From positions 1,419-65,418 of the forward strand of contig JAIPHP010000003.1 in NCBI GenBank assembly GCA_021735165.1: a stretch of 64,000 nucleotides of DNA, read 5' to 3'. Of the stretch, positions 47,272 to 57,126 are shown piece after piece. The notes under the pieces were generated by a model. That model worked only from the letters and a program-made list of their open reading frames with translations, had not been told where the DNA came from and made no database searches. This DNA is from Candidatus Woesearchaeota archaeon (GTDB lineage: Archaea > Nanobdellota > Nanobdellia > Woesearchaeales > 21-14-0-10-32-9). A program made the translations under genes and the position numbers. Every line of letters begins with the position of its first letter. Within the stretch, counting starts at the first letter, position 1.

Positions 47272-49449
47272 CTACAATTTCTTATACTTTAATAGTAAAC
47301 TATTTGTAAGCACAGAAACTGAAGACATCGCCATAGCAGCACCTGCAATAATAGGTGACAAAAGCCAACCTGTACTCGTATAAAGAACGCCAGCAGCTAT
47401 CGGAATCCCAAGCACATTATAAAATAATGCCCAAAACATATTTTGTTTAATCTTATTCATTGTAAGTTTGCTTAATCGCAAAGCACTAGGAACTGCCAAA
47501 GGATCATCTTTCATTAAAACTATATCTCCAGTCTCCATCGCAACATCTGTTCCAGAACCCATAGCAATACCTATGTCTGCTTGAGCAATAGCTGGAGCAT
47601 CATTAATGCCATCACCTATCATTGCAACTTTGTACTTTCCTTTTTTCTGAAGCTTTTTTACATAACTTGCTTTATCTTCAGGCAAAACCTCTGCAAAAAC
47701 ATTCTTTATTCCTGCCTGAGCAGCTATTGCTTTTGCAGTCCTTTTATTATCTCCTGTCATCATAAATGTCTTGATGCCCATTTTATGCAATCTAAGAATT
47801 GCTTTCTTACTCGTTTCCCTTATTGTATCTGCAACAGCAATAATTCCAAGAACCTTTTTATCAGCCAGCACCATAACTGTTTTTCCTTCACTTTCAAGCT
47901 TATTGATTTCAGATTTATATTTAGAAACATTAATTTTTTGTTTATTCATCAACTTCATATTTCCAGCAAAATATTTTTTCTTTCCAACAAAAGCTTCAAC
48001 TCCATGTCCGGGCACCGCTTTAAAACCTGAAATCCTTTTGAATTTAATTTTCTTATGTTTAGCAAATCTAACTATTGATTCTGCTAAAGGATGTTCAGAT
48101 TCATTTTCAATACTTCCTAAAATTGTTAAAAATTCTCCATCCTTCAATTCACTTTTAAAATCAGTAACTTCAGGAACTCCTTTAGTTATAGTTCCAGTTT
48201 TATCAAACACAACGTAATTAATTTTATGAGCAGTTTCAAGAGCATCTCCACCTTTAATTAAAATACCTCTTCTAGCGCCAAGTCCTGTACCTACCATGAT
48301 GCTTGTTGGGGTGGCAAGACCTAAAGCACAAGGACACGCTATAACTAAAACAGAAACTCCTGTTAGTATTGCAAAGCTCAAGCCTTGTCCTGATAACAAC
48401 CAAATAAAAAAAGTAACAATTGCAATAACAATTACTACTGGAACAAAATAAGAACTAATACTATCTGCAAATCTTTGTATTGGTGCTTTTCTTCCCTGTG
48501 CATCTTCAACCAATTTAATTATGTGCGAAAGAGTAGTATCTTTTCCTATTTTTGTCGCCTTAAACCTAAAAGAGCCATGTTTATTTATAGTGCCGCCAAA
48601 TACCTTATCTCCTTTAGCTTTGTCTATAGGTACACTTTCTCCAGTAATCATAGACTCATCAACACTGGTGTTTCCTGAAATAATCTTTCCATCAACAGGA
48701 ATTTTTTCTCCTGGTCTAACAAGAATGATGTCTTTGAGAACGACGTCATCAACACTCACAATAATTTCTCTATTTTTTCTTAAAACTCGTGCGGTCTTAG
48801 GACTGAGATTCATTAATTTGCTAATAGCATCACTAGTTTTGCCTTTAGCTCTAGCTTCCAAATATTTTCCAAGAATAACTAATGTTATAAGAATCGCTGA
48901 CGTTTCAAAATACTGCCCTCCATCCGTTACAAACAAAACTAAATATACTGAATAAAAATATGCTGCAGATGTTCCAAGTGCAATCAAAGAATCCATATTT
49001 GCGTTTTTATTTTTCAAAGCACTCCAAGCACCCTTATAGAATTCGGCCCCAATATAAAACTGAATAGGTGTTGCCAATAGCCACAAAACATACTCCTCGA
49101 AAGGAATCATGATCTTAAGCCACATAAACACCATGCCAATAATAAATGCAGGAATTGCGAAAATCAAACTAATTAAAAGTTTATTTTTCAAACGATTCAT
49201 TTCTTTAATATGTTGCTTTTTAGGATCTTCTAATCCCTTACTTAAGGAAGCATCATATCCTTTACTTTTCACAATATTAATAAGATCATTTTCATTTAAT
49301 AATGAATCATCAAATTCTACTGTTGCTTTGGCAGTACTATAATTAACATTTGCTAATTTAACACCATCTTTCTTAGAGAATCCTCTTTGAATCAAAGTAG
49401 CACAACTAGCACAATGCATTCCCTTAACGTCCAAATCTATTTTTTTCAT
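47272..49449 (-). CDS. copA: copper-translocating P1B-type ATPase
   Basis: N-terminal HMA GMHCASC, CPC motif (ACPCALG), DKTGT phosphorylation site, GDGINDAP hinge. Confidence 0.9.
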   Translation of the reverse strand: MKKIDLDVKGMHCASCATLIQRGFSKKDGVKLANVNYSTAKATVEFDDSLLNENDLINIVKSKGYDASLSKGLEDPKKQHIKEMNRLKNKLLISLIFAIPAFIIGMVFMWLKIMIPFEEYVLWLLATPIQFYIGAEFYKGAWSALKNKNANMDSLIALGTSAAYFYSVYLVLFVTDGGQYFETSAILITLVILGKYLEARAKGKTSDAISKLMNLSPKTARVLRKNREIIVSVDDVVLKDIILVRPGEKIPVDGKIISGNTSVDESMITGESVPIDKAKGDKVFGGTINKHGSFRFKATKIGKDTTLSHIIKLVEDAQGRKAPIQRFADSISSYFVPVVIVIAIVTFFIWLLSGQGLSFAILTGVSVLVIACPCALGLATPTSIMVGTGLGARRGILIKGGDALETAHKINYVVFDKTGTITKGVPEVTDFKSELKDGEFLTILGSIENESEHPLAESIVRFAKHKKIKFKRISGFKAVPGHGVEAFVGKKKYFAGNMKLMNKQKINVSKYKSEINKLESEGKTVMVLADKKVLGIIAVADTIRETSKKAILRLHKMGIKTFMMTGDNKRTAKAIAAQAGIKNVFAEVLPEDKASYVKKLQKKGKYKVAMIGDGINDAPAIAQADIGIAMGSGTDVAMETGDIVLMKDDPLAVPSALRLSKLTMNKIKQNMFWALFYNVLGIPIAAGVLYTSTGWLLSPIIAGAAMAMSSVSVLTNSLLLKYKKL

Positions 49450-49626
49450 ATTATCTCTCCATACCTAAAAGTATTAAAATTTAATATAACTTTTTTAATA
49501 ATTATATCTAACACATATATCTAGCATGTTTATAGTTCATTATTAATATAGCGAAAACAAGCTCTTATATAATTTACAAAAGTAAAAAATATAGCTTTTG
49601 TATAAAATCACAGTAAGTCTATTAGT

Positions 49627-50148
49627 TTATCCGCCACAACCACATCCGCCAGAACCACCTGCGCCACAGCTACCTGCACCTCCTGAATTTTGAGTGCCAG
49701 AATTTGACTTTTCTACATAATCTGCTTTTTCTCCTGAACTATCAACCACATCAAAAGTCGTAGCGCCCATACCCATACTGCAAGCTATATTAAATGTGCC
49801 AGATTTATCAGGAGTGAATTCTATGATGTTGTTTCCTTCGCTTACATATTCACTTACACCAAACGCAGGAATTCTCACAGCTTTCATACAACCTACAACG
49901 CTCTTAAGATCAACTTCCATTCTTACAGGAACTCCAACTTTTAATTCCGAAGGTTCTAATACATAGACATAATTCTCATAAGTTAATTTAACAGTCTGAA
50001 TATCTCCATTTCCTGTGTTAGCAACAACTTTACCAGTAGCACTACTTGTTTTGGCTGCGCTAGCACCATATGTCAAACTAACAACACCAAATAAGCTAAC
50101 GACAAATATCGCAAGCACCAAATATAAAACATTTTTCTTAATTCTCAT
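49627..50148 (-). CDS. secreted cupredoxin-like copper-binding protein with C-terminal Gly/Cys-rich tail
   Basis: Signal peptide; Cys/Met ligand candidates (VGCMKAV...NIACSMGMG); tail SGGAGSCGAGGSGGCGCGG. Confidence 0.45.
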   Translation of the reverse strand: MRIKKNVLYLVLAIFVVSLFGVVSLTYGASAAKTSSATGKVVANTGNGDIQTVKLTYENYVYVLEPSELKVGVPVRMEVDLKSVVGCMKAVRIPAFGVSEYVSEGNNIIEFTPDKSGTFNIACSMGMGATTFDVVDSSGEKADYVEKSNSGTQNSGGAGSCGAGGSGGCGCGG

Positions 50149-50161
50149 TTTTTTTACCTCC

Positions 50162-51085
50162 TTAAAAACTAACTAAAGGACTTTTAGGTCCATAAATCAT
50201 TATTGCTAAAAGAATAAATGTTGCAATTATTGCTATTGAACTAAGTGTCATGAAATCAGCAGGTTTCTTTTCATGTTTTTTTCCTTCTGCTACTTCTTCA
50301 TACATCATGATGCTTAAACCGCCTAATATTATCACATTAATTATTATGTAAAAAGGCATGAATATTAACAGGTTATCTGAAAACATCATGATCGAAATCA
50401 TAGGCCCCATAGTTCCCCCCATAAGTCCTGCCATCATTCCTTCCATAGTTCCCATAACGCCGCAGCATTTTCCTGTAAGCCAACCGACCAAACATCCTAA
50501 AAGCATTCCAACCATTGCTCCTGCAAAGAAACCATTAGTTGCTCCTATAACTGCACCTATCATCATTCCTGTCTGCATTCCTATGGTCATTCCTATCATC
50601 ATTCCTGTCATGCAAGTAATTTTATTCTTCAAATAAGCAACAACATGCCAAATAGCCACTCCTATTGTTGCTATGCTTATGTTAAGATACAATATCCACC
50701 AACCATAATTTACAAAGAAATCAGGAATGTTCTTTAGAAATACAAAATAAGCAAGAACTTCCAATATGCTAATTATAAGAAAAATTCCTATTGTATATGG
50801 TATTATCTTTGATTCAACAATATAATTTGAAGGATTCTCCTTGAAATGTCTTATTCTCTCTTTGAACGTTTTTCTTTCAAATGACTGAGTTGAAGCACGA
50901 AAACCTTTTGATTTTATTATATTGATTATGTGGTCAGGACTTGTCTTTGAATCATCAAATTCAAATGTTGCCGATTCATCGTTTATTGAATACTTTATTA
51001 TTCCATCCTCTTTGTCAAAAGCTTTTTTTAGAACTCTTGAACAGGAATCACATTCTATGTCTGGTATGTAAATAGTTTCTTTCAT
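50162..51085 (-). CDS. HMA-domain membrane protein with Met/Gly-rich transmembrane region (putative copper-handling protein)
   Basis: N-terminal IPDIECDSCSRVL (CxxC HMA); TM region MTGMMIGMTIGMQTGMMIGAV...GMMAGLMGGTMGPM. Confidence 0.55.
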   Translation of the reverse strand: MKETIYIPDIECDSCSRVLKKAFDKEDGIIKYSINDESATFEFDDSKTSPDHIINIIKSKGFRASTQSFERKTFKERIRHFKENPSNYIVESKIIPYTIGIFLIISILEVLAYFVFLKNIPDFFVNYGWWILYLNISIATIGVAIWHVVAYLKNKITCMTGMMIGMTIGMQTGMMIGAVIGATNGFFAGAMVGMLLGCLVGWLTGKCCGVMGTMEGMMAGLMGGTMGPMISIMMFSDNLLIFMPFYIIINVIILGGLSIMMYEEVAEGKKHEKKPADFMTLSSIAIIATFILLAIMIYGPKSPLVSF

Positions 51086-51288
51086 TACTCCACCTCATAA
51101 CCTTCTTTTTTTATCACTGCCCTGATTTTATTTTCAGAAACCTTGTTTTCATCAAATCCTAATTTTAATTCTCCAGAATCATGAGAAATACTTTTTACAT
51201 TTACATAATCTAGTTCCTCCAATTCTTCTTTTATTAACATTTCGCACGATTTGCAATGCATTCCTTTCACTTTGAATTTCTTTTCCAT
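51085..51288 (-). CDS. copZ: copper chaperone CopZ (HMA domain)
   Basis: 67 aa with GMHCKSC metal-binding motif. Confidence 0.75.
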   Translation of the reverse strand: MEKKFKVKGMHCKSCEMLIKEELEELDYVNVKSISHDSGELKLGFDENKVSENKIRAVIKKEGYEVE

Positions 51289-51567
51289 GATTAATCACCC
51301 TGCAACTCTGTCTGAACAGGGTTTATTAATACCATTCGCCCATAGTTTTCATGCTCAGAAAGTTTGAAACGTCCAAATTGTTGTTCTAGAACGTTTATGG
51401 CTGAAAAAGAACAGGATTTTATATTTGTGTTGCTATTGGAGTCATTATACATAAATAAAAATATTATAATTTATGTTTATTTCTTTGAAAAAACCATGGA
51501 AGAATTTGCCTTTAAAAAATTGATTTTGATAAGTAAAACTGACTTATAAACGTTAATTCTTGAGAAT

Positions 51568-52896
51568 TTGGAGATTTCAGCCATTTTGGTTTATGTTAAA
51601 TCAATGGAAAGGTATATAAATAATTTTGATGTTTTATTTTACGAAGTGGTGCTTAAAAAAGTAAAAACGGGTTTTGATAAAGTTTTTGAAGATAAATTCA
51701 ACAGGATCTTCATACCGTTACTCATATTAATAGGAATACTGTTAATTGTAAGTGGAGGAGCAAGTTCTGATGTTAATGATAATACAGAAGTAGGAAAGTT
51801 AAATGTTCACTTTTTCTATCTTCCAAGCTGTCCTCATTGTCAAGAACAAAAACCATTCAATGAGCAGTTGATGCAGGAATATCCCGAGATTAATTGGATA
51901 TATCATGACACAAGTGACTCCAAAGAAAATCAAATATATGCTCAGATGGCTGTTGAGAGAGGTCTTAGTCTTAGAAATTTAGGAGTACCAGGAACATTTA
52001 TTGGAGATGAAGAAATAATTGGTTTTGGGAGTGCTGAGACAACAGGCGTTCAGATAAGACAAGCACTAGAAGATTATATTGCACAAAATACTAAAGAAAC
52101 AGAACAAGAGGTTAATGAAACTGTTTTACCAGAGAATGATTCTGAGGAATTCAACAGAATAGTAAACTTACCTATGTTTGGAGAAATAGATGTTCTGAAT
52201 GTAAGTCTTCCTGTTCTTTCTATTTTACTCGGATTCGTAGATGGAATGAATCCCTGCGCTATGTGGGTCTTGGTATATTTAATATCTTTAATTCTTGAAG
52301 TAAGAGATAGAAAGAAAATATGGTTCTTAGTTGGATCTTTCTTATTAGCATCAGGAGTATTATATTTCTTATTCATGACTGCATGGCTAAATGTATTTTT
52401 ATTGGTTGGTTACATACGGACTGTAACAATAATAGTGGGTCTTGTTGCTTTATATTTTGGAGTTACAAGTATAAAGACTTTTATAGAAACAAAAGGCGCC
52501 ATTCAATGTGAAGTGGGTGATGCTGAAAGTAAGAAAAAAACTATGAGCAAGATGAAACAATTAGTTGCTTCTCCCCTAACGTGGGCAACAATGGCTGGAA
52601 TGGTAGGATTGGCTTTTTTAGTAAATTCTCTAGAATTTGTATGCTCTGCAGCACTTCCGGCAATATTTACACAAGTTTTAGCAATAAGTGAAATATCAGG
52701 AGCATCATATTACTTGTATATTTTGTTATATGTGTTCTTCTTTATGCTAGACGACCTTATAATATTTGGATTAGCAGTATTTGCAGTAAATAAATTCGTA
52801 GGGGACAAATATGCTAAATGGTGCAAATTGATAGGTGGAATAATAATGTTAGTCTTAGGAATAATAATGGTCTTCTTTCCACACATATTAAGATGA
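51568..52896 (+). CDS. thiol:disulfide interchange protein (thioredoxin-fold domain fused to DsbD/CcdA-like membrane domain)
   Basis: CPHC thioredoxin motif in FFYLPSCPHCQ; C-terminal multi-TM with DGMNPCAMWVL CcdA-like motif. Confidence 0.6.
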   Translation: MEISAILVYVKSMERYINNFDVLFYEVVLKKVKTGFDKVFEDKFNRIFIPLLILIGILLIVSGGASSDVNDNTEVGKLNVHFFYLPSCPHCQEQKPFNEQLMQEYPEINWIYHDTSDSKENQIYAQMAVERGLSLRNLGVPGTFIGDEEIIGFGSAETTGVQIRQALEDYIAQNTKETEQEVNETVLPENDSEEFNRIVNLPMFGEIDVLNVSLPVLSILLGFVDGMNPCAMWVLVYLISLILEVRDRKKIWFLVGSFLLASGVLYFLFMTAWLNVFLLVGYIRTVTIIVGLVALYFGVTSIKTFIETKGAIQCEVGDAESKKKTMSKMKQLVASPLTWATMAGMVGLAFLVNSLEFVCSAALPAIFTQVLAISEISGASYYLYILLYVFFFMLDDLIIFGLAVFAVNKFVGDKYAKWCKLIGGIIMLVLGIIMVFFPHILR

Positions 52897-52937
52897 TTTT
52901 CTAAAAATTTATATTTGAATATGATTTATGTTATTTT

Positions 52938-53699
52938 ATGAGAGAAAATAAAGTCTTCCTATTTAATAAATATGGCGAGAAACTTGCAGGTCTTGAAGCA
53001 ATTCCTTCTGAGAAAAAAGAGAAATATCCTGCAGTCATATTAGTTCATGGATTCGGGGTTACAAAAGAAGAATACGGATTATTTGATGGATTAGCAAAAA
53101 CTCTTTCAGATGCAGGTTTTATTGTGTATAGATTTGACTTTTCAGGAAGAGGAGAAAGTGAAGGAGATTACTCTGAGATGACTATAACTCGTGAATGTGA
53201 TGATCTTGACGCAATAATGAGCTTTGTCGAAACTCAGGATTTTGTTGATTCCGGGATGATAGGGATGCTAGCACAATCATTTGGAACTGCCGTAGTCGCT
53301 TCCTATGTTCCTGATGTAAAAGCTCTTGTCTTCACAGGAAGCATATCTGATTTTGAAAATGTTACTGCAAATCCAAAAAAATGGGATGTTCTTGACAAAA
53401 AAGGCATATCTATAAAAACAAAAGGACCTGGCGAAGTAATAAAAATAAATTCTGCTTTTTGGGAAGACTTAGAAAAATATGATGTGCTTAAATCTATAAA
53501 AAAAATAAAGTGTCCGATACTTTTTATACACGGTTCAGAAGATGGAAGAGTTCCGCTTGAAAGCATGGAAGCATATTATGAGAATGCAAATGAGCCAAAA
53601 GAAAAAATAATAATTCAAGGAGCAGATCATGATATGGAACCAAAAAGAGAAGAACTGAACAAAATTGTTGTCAATTGGTTCAAGAAAAATTTAAATTAA
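52938..53699 (+). CDS. alpha/beta hydrolase
   Basis: HGFG oxyanion motif and GxSxG-like nucleophile elbow (AQSFG), conserved C-terminal HG...D...H. Confidence 0.65.
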   Translation: MRENKVFLFNKYGEKLAGLEAIPSEKKEKYPAVILVHGFGVTKEEYGLFDGLAKTLSDAGFIVYRFDFSGRGESEGDYSEMTITRECDDLDAIMSFVETQDFVDSGMIGMLAQSFGTAVVASYVPDVKALVFTGSISDFENVTANPKKWDVLDKKGISIKTKGPGEVIKINSAFWEDLEKYDVLKSIKKIKCPILFIHGSEDGRVPLESMEAYYENANEPKEKIIIQGADHDMEPKREELNKIVVNWFKKNLN

Positions 53700-53700
53700 T

Positions 53701-53990
53701 TATTTACTTAAATATTTTTATTATTCTTACCTATGGTTACGGTCATAGAACCCATTCAGAACGTTGGAGGAACGTTCGCTTTGCTCAGTTCCTCAGTTAG
53801 AGTTTTACTTGAATATTTTTATTATTTTTACTGGGCAGTCTTTTGCTGCTTTTTCGTTCTAAGGTTACGGTCTTAGGTCCCATTCAGAACGTTGGAGGAA
53901 CGTTCGCTTTGCTCAGTTCCTCAGTTAGAGTTTTACTTGAATATTTTTATTATTTTTACTGGGCAGTCTTTTGCTGCTTTTTCATTTTCT
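53701..53990. repeat. tandem direct repeat, 118-bp unit x ~2.4 copies, containing the palindrome GAACGTTggaggAACGTTC
   Basis: Units 53745-53862 and 53863-53980 about 95% identical; partial copy 53701-53744; the last unit overlaps the 3' end of the ferredoxin gene. Confidence 0.8.
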
Positions 53991-54157
53991 TCTAGAAGAG
54001 CAAGGTCAAGGTCTGTTACGTATGTGTCTCCTTTCTTTTCAGAATCTTTCAGGTCTGCTTTTCCGTCTTTTTCGTTGATTTTCCACATGCTCGGACAATT
54101 CTCAACGCATGAGTTACATCCGATGCAGTCTTTTCTGTAATGAACTATTTTCGCCAC
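53933..54157 (-). CDS. 4Fe-4S ferredoxin
   Basis: CIGCNSCVENCP (CxxCxxCxxxCP) and a distal C; 74 aa. Confidence 0.8.
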   Translation of the reverse strand: MAKIVHYRKDCIGCNSCVENCPSMWKINEKDGKADLKDSEKKGDTYVTDLDLALLEENEKAAKDCPVKIIKIFK

Positions 54158-54164
54158 TTTGGTT

Positions 54165-54434
54165 TCACTCTTTTTTATTGAATATTAAGAAGTCAATATC
54201 TGTTATTGCTTTTATTTTGTGATATGTTCTTTCTGGTATTTCAAATTTTGCGGGAGCTTCAAGTATTTCTGTTTTGTCTTTAATTGTGATTTCTGCTCTT
54301 CCTCTTATTAAATATATTAATTCATATTCGTTTATTTCATTATCTCCTGAAACTGTATCTTTATATCTGTAAAGTATTTTGAATCCTTTTGCTTGGTATG
54401 TTTTTCCTTTTTCGTTTTCTTTTATTAGTTTCAT
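54165..54434 (-). CDS. small cupin-like protein
   Basis: 89 aa beta-rich ORF; weak cupin pattern. Confidence 0.35.
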   Translation of the reverse strand: MKLIKENEKGKTYQAKGFKILYRYKDTVSGDNEINEYELIYLIRGRAEITIKDKTEILEAPAKFEIPERTYHKIKAITDIDFLIFNKKE

Positions 54435-55054
54435 TTTTCTTCTATTATTACTTCGCCGTCTCTGATGGCTTTGTATGGTTTGCTGTTTGTTTTGCAGTAT
54501 TCTATTTCTTTGTTTATATCTTCTGATTCGTTATGGTCTGAATCATAGTGCGGCATGAATGCGTAATCTATGAAGCCGAGTCCTTCCCATATTATTTCTT
54601 TTTGTTCTTTGTATGGAGTTTGCGGGTTGTCTACTGTTTGATATACTTTAAGAGAAGGTGAAAGTACGCATCCAGCTGCGCTGTATCCTGCGTAGAGAAA
54701 GTTTTCTTTGTTTTCTTTGATGTTGTTTAGTATTTTATCCATTCCGCTTAGTTTCATTGCTTGTCTTAATACGTATGTGTTTCCGCCGCTTATGAAAACT
54801 GCTTTTATTTGTTTAAGTTTTTGTTTTAGTTCTTGTTCTTTATTGAAGTATTGTTTAAGATCTAAAAGTTCGCACTGAAGTCCCAATTCTTTTAATGAGT
54901 TCATGTCTTTTTCTATGTGTTTTTGTTTTCTTTTTGGGTCTGCTCCTTCAAAATCTAGTGCATTTGGAATGTATGCTATTTTTTTAATTGGCGTCATCTC
55001 TATTAATTTGTCTGTTTCTTTTCCAAGTCTGTATGATGATAAGTATAGTTTCAT
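54431..55054 (-). CDS. peptidase S51 (dipeptidase E-like)
   Basis: FISGGNTYVL motif and overall S51 layout. Confidence 0.6.
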   Translation of the reverse strand: MKLYLSSYRLGKETDKLIEMTPIKKIAYIPNALDFEGADPKRKQKHIEKDMNSLKELGLQCELLDLKQYFNKEQELKQKLKQIKAVFISGGNTYVLRQAMKLSGMDKILNNIKENKENFLYAGYSAAGCVLSPSLKVYQTVDNPQTPYKEQKEIIWEGLGFIDYAFMPHYDSDHNESEDINKEIEYCKTNSKPYKAIRDGEVIIEEK

Positions 55055-56292
55055 TTTTCTTCTATTATAATAAAAAATTTATCGCCTTTTCTAACTTTGC
55101 CTGGAACTTTGAAACTTATTTCTTGTTTCTTTTTTCCTGTTTCTACTTCTCCGTCGTCTGCGTGTATTTCTTCTATTGTTCCTTTCATAACGCCTGTTGT
55201 CGGACCAGTTATCATAAAGTTGTTGCCTTTGTTTACTTCTCTTGCTTCAAGTAATGCTGATGCAACTCCTAGTTTTTCAAAATAGTTTGTTATTTTTCCT
55301 GCTAAGTGTTTTTCAACAGTGGTCTTTGAACCTTCTACTCCTGCCCATTCATTTATTTTCTTTCCAAGGTAATATCCGCCTTCCCAGAAACCTCTGTTGT
55401 AAACTGATTTTAATCTTTTCATCCAGTTTTCTATTTTTTCTTTTGTGAATTCGTTGTTTTTTATTGCTTTAACTGCTTCTTTGTAGCATTTCACGGTTTC
55501 ATCAGCATAATCAGGGCTTCTTCCTCTGCCTTCAATTTTTAATACGGAGACTCCGGAATCAAGAATTTTGTCTAAGAATGGCAGTGTGCATAAATCTGAT
55601 GGAGACATTACGAATTTATTATCTATTTTTAATTCATCTCCTGTTTCTTCATCTATTACTTTGTATGCTCTTCTGCAGTTCTGAAGACATGCACCTCTAT
55701 TTGCACTTGCATTGTATGTTGAAAGAGACATGTGGCATTTTCCACTTATCGCTATACACAATGCTCCGTGGACAAAGATTTCAATTTCTACAAGTTTTCC
55801 TTTTGGTCCTCTTATATCTTGTTTTTTTATTTCTTCACAAATTGTTGTTATTTGCTTTAATGTTAGTTCCCTTGCTAAGACTACTACGTCTGCGAATTGT
55901 GAATAGAATTTTACTGCTTCTATATTTGAAACGTTTATTTGTGTTGAAATATGAACTTCCAGTCCAATTGATCTTGCGTATTGTATTGCTGCAATGTCCA
56001 TGCATATAACTGCTGTAAGTTCTGCTTTTTTTGCAGCATCGCATATTCTTTTAACCATGTTCATATCGTGGTCGTACACGATTGTGTTTACTGTAAGGTA
56101 GGATTTTACGTTATTGTCTTTGCAGATTTCTACTATTTTTGGTAAATCGTCGAGCATGAAGTTGGCTGAACGTGAGCGCATGTTCATCTGTTCCACACCA
56201 AAATATATTGAGTCTGCACCCGCATTAATTGCTGCTCTTAATGATTCGTATGAGCCTGCTGGCGCCATTATTTCTATTTTTTTGCTTATCAT
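55051..56292 (-). CDS. peptidase U32 family protein
   Basis: U32 signature GALCIAISGKCHMSLS and CLQNCRRAY cysteine region. Confidence 0.8.
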   Translation of the reverse strand: MISKKIEIMAPAGSYESLRAAINAGADSIYFGVEQMNMRSRSANFMLDDLPKIVEICKDNNVKSYLTVNTIVYDHDMNMVKRICDAAKKAELTAVICMDIAAIQYARSIGLEVHISTQINVSNIEAVKFYSQFADVVVLARELTLKQITTICEEIKKQDIRGPKGKLVEIEIFVHGALCIAISGKCHMSLSTYNASANRGACLQNCRRAYKVIDEETGDELKIDNKFVMSPSDLCTLPFLDKILDSGVSVLKIEGRGRSPDYADETVKCYKEAVKAIKNNEFTKEKIENWMKRLKSVYNRGFWEGGYYLGKKINEWAGVEGSKTTVEKHLAGKITNYFEKLGVASALLEAREVNKGNNFMITGPTTGVMKGTIEEIHADDGEVETGKKKQEISFKVPGKVRKGDKFFIIIEEK

Positions 56293-56363
56293 GTTGCTTT
56301 GGAGTGGTTTTTTGCTTAAGAATTTTATGGTAATGTGAGAATTTTCGTGTTATCTAACTTAAA

Positions 56364-56888
56364 TTATTTGTTATGGGGATTCTTGAAAGGTTCGGGGGTT
56401 AGATAAAATTCATTATCTTTTTCAAACATTATTCCTATGTCGATATTTTTTGCTATTTGTGTATTGCTTTCCCCATATTTTTTTCTTAACTCTTCTTCTT
56501 GATATTTTGAAGATGTCCAGTTTCTATTTTCAAGGTCTGTTTTCATTTTTTGGAATTCGTTACTTTTTAATATTTGAGTTACCTTATCGACATTTATATC
56601 AACTTTATGATTGTCTATTGCGTATCCTGTGAAGAATTCTCCGTTTTTGTGTTGTATGTGATGACCTCCCTCTGTCAAGACTTTTCCATTTGAGTTAACT
56701 AAGTATTTGGTAGCGCCTAATGTCACTACGGTTCCTTTGTCTGTTTCATAGGCAGAGTGATATGAAGGCCAGTCGGTGTTGGGTCTAACAACAGTAATAT
56801 CTTCCAAGCTTTCTTGAATATTTTTCAAGTCTTTGATGTTTCTTACCAAATCCTGTATTGCCATTCTATCTATGTAAATAATCTCCAT
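56364..56888 (-). CDS. hypothetical protein
   Basis: 174 aa ORF. Confidence 0.45.
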   Translation of the reverse strand: MEIIYIDRMAIQDLVRNIKDLKNIQESLEDITVVRPNTDWPSYHSAYETDKGTVVTLGATKYLVNSNGKVLTEGGHHIQHKNGEFFTGYAIDNHKVDINVDKVTQILKSNEFQKMKTDLENRNWTSSKYQEEELRKKYGESNTQIAKNIDIGIMFEKDNEFYLTPEPFKNPHNK

Positions 56889-57126
56889 CTATATATTTTT
56901 CTTTTTTTATCCCTGTTTGATGGTAAAAAGTTCTTTATTTTTGCTTATCGTGCTTCTTAGAATTAAGTTTTATCTTAAGAATTTTATGGTGTTAGTACTG
57001 CAAAATATCTCTTTTTTCATAGGTACTTTCATTTATTTGTTTGTTTTTGGTGTACTCGAAATCATTTATAAACAACATCTTTCTACTAACAGTACTTCCA
57101 AAATTTAGAAGTATTAAAAGGTTAAA

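Noticed and set aside
53701-53990. CRISPR array
   Set aside because: Units are 118 bp and directly abutting with no unique spacers; no cas genes nearby.
53892-54140. 82-aa plus-strand ORF
   Set aside because: Lies inside the tandem repeat and antisense to the well-supported ferredoxin gene.
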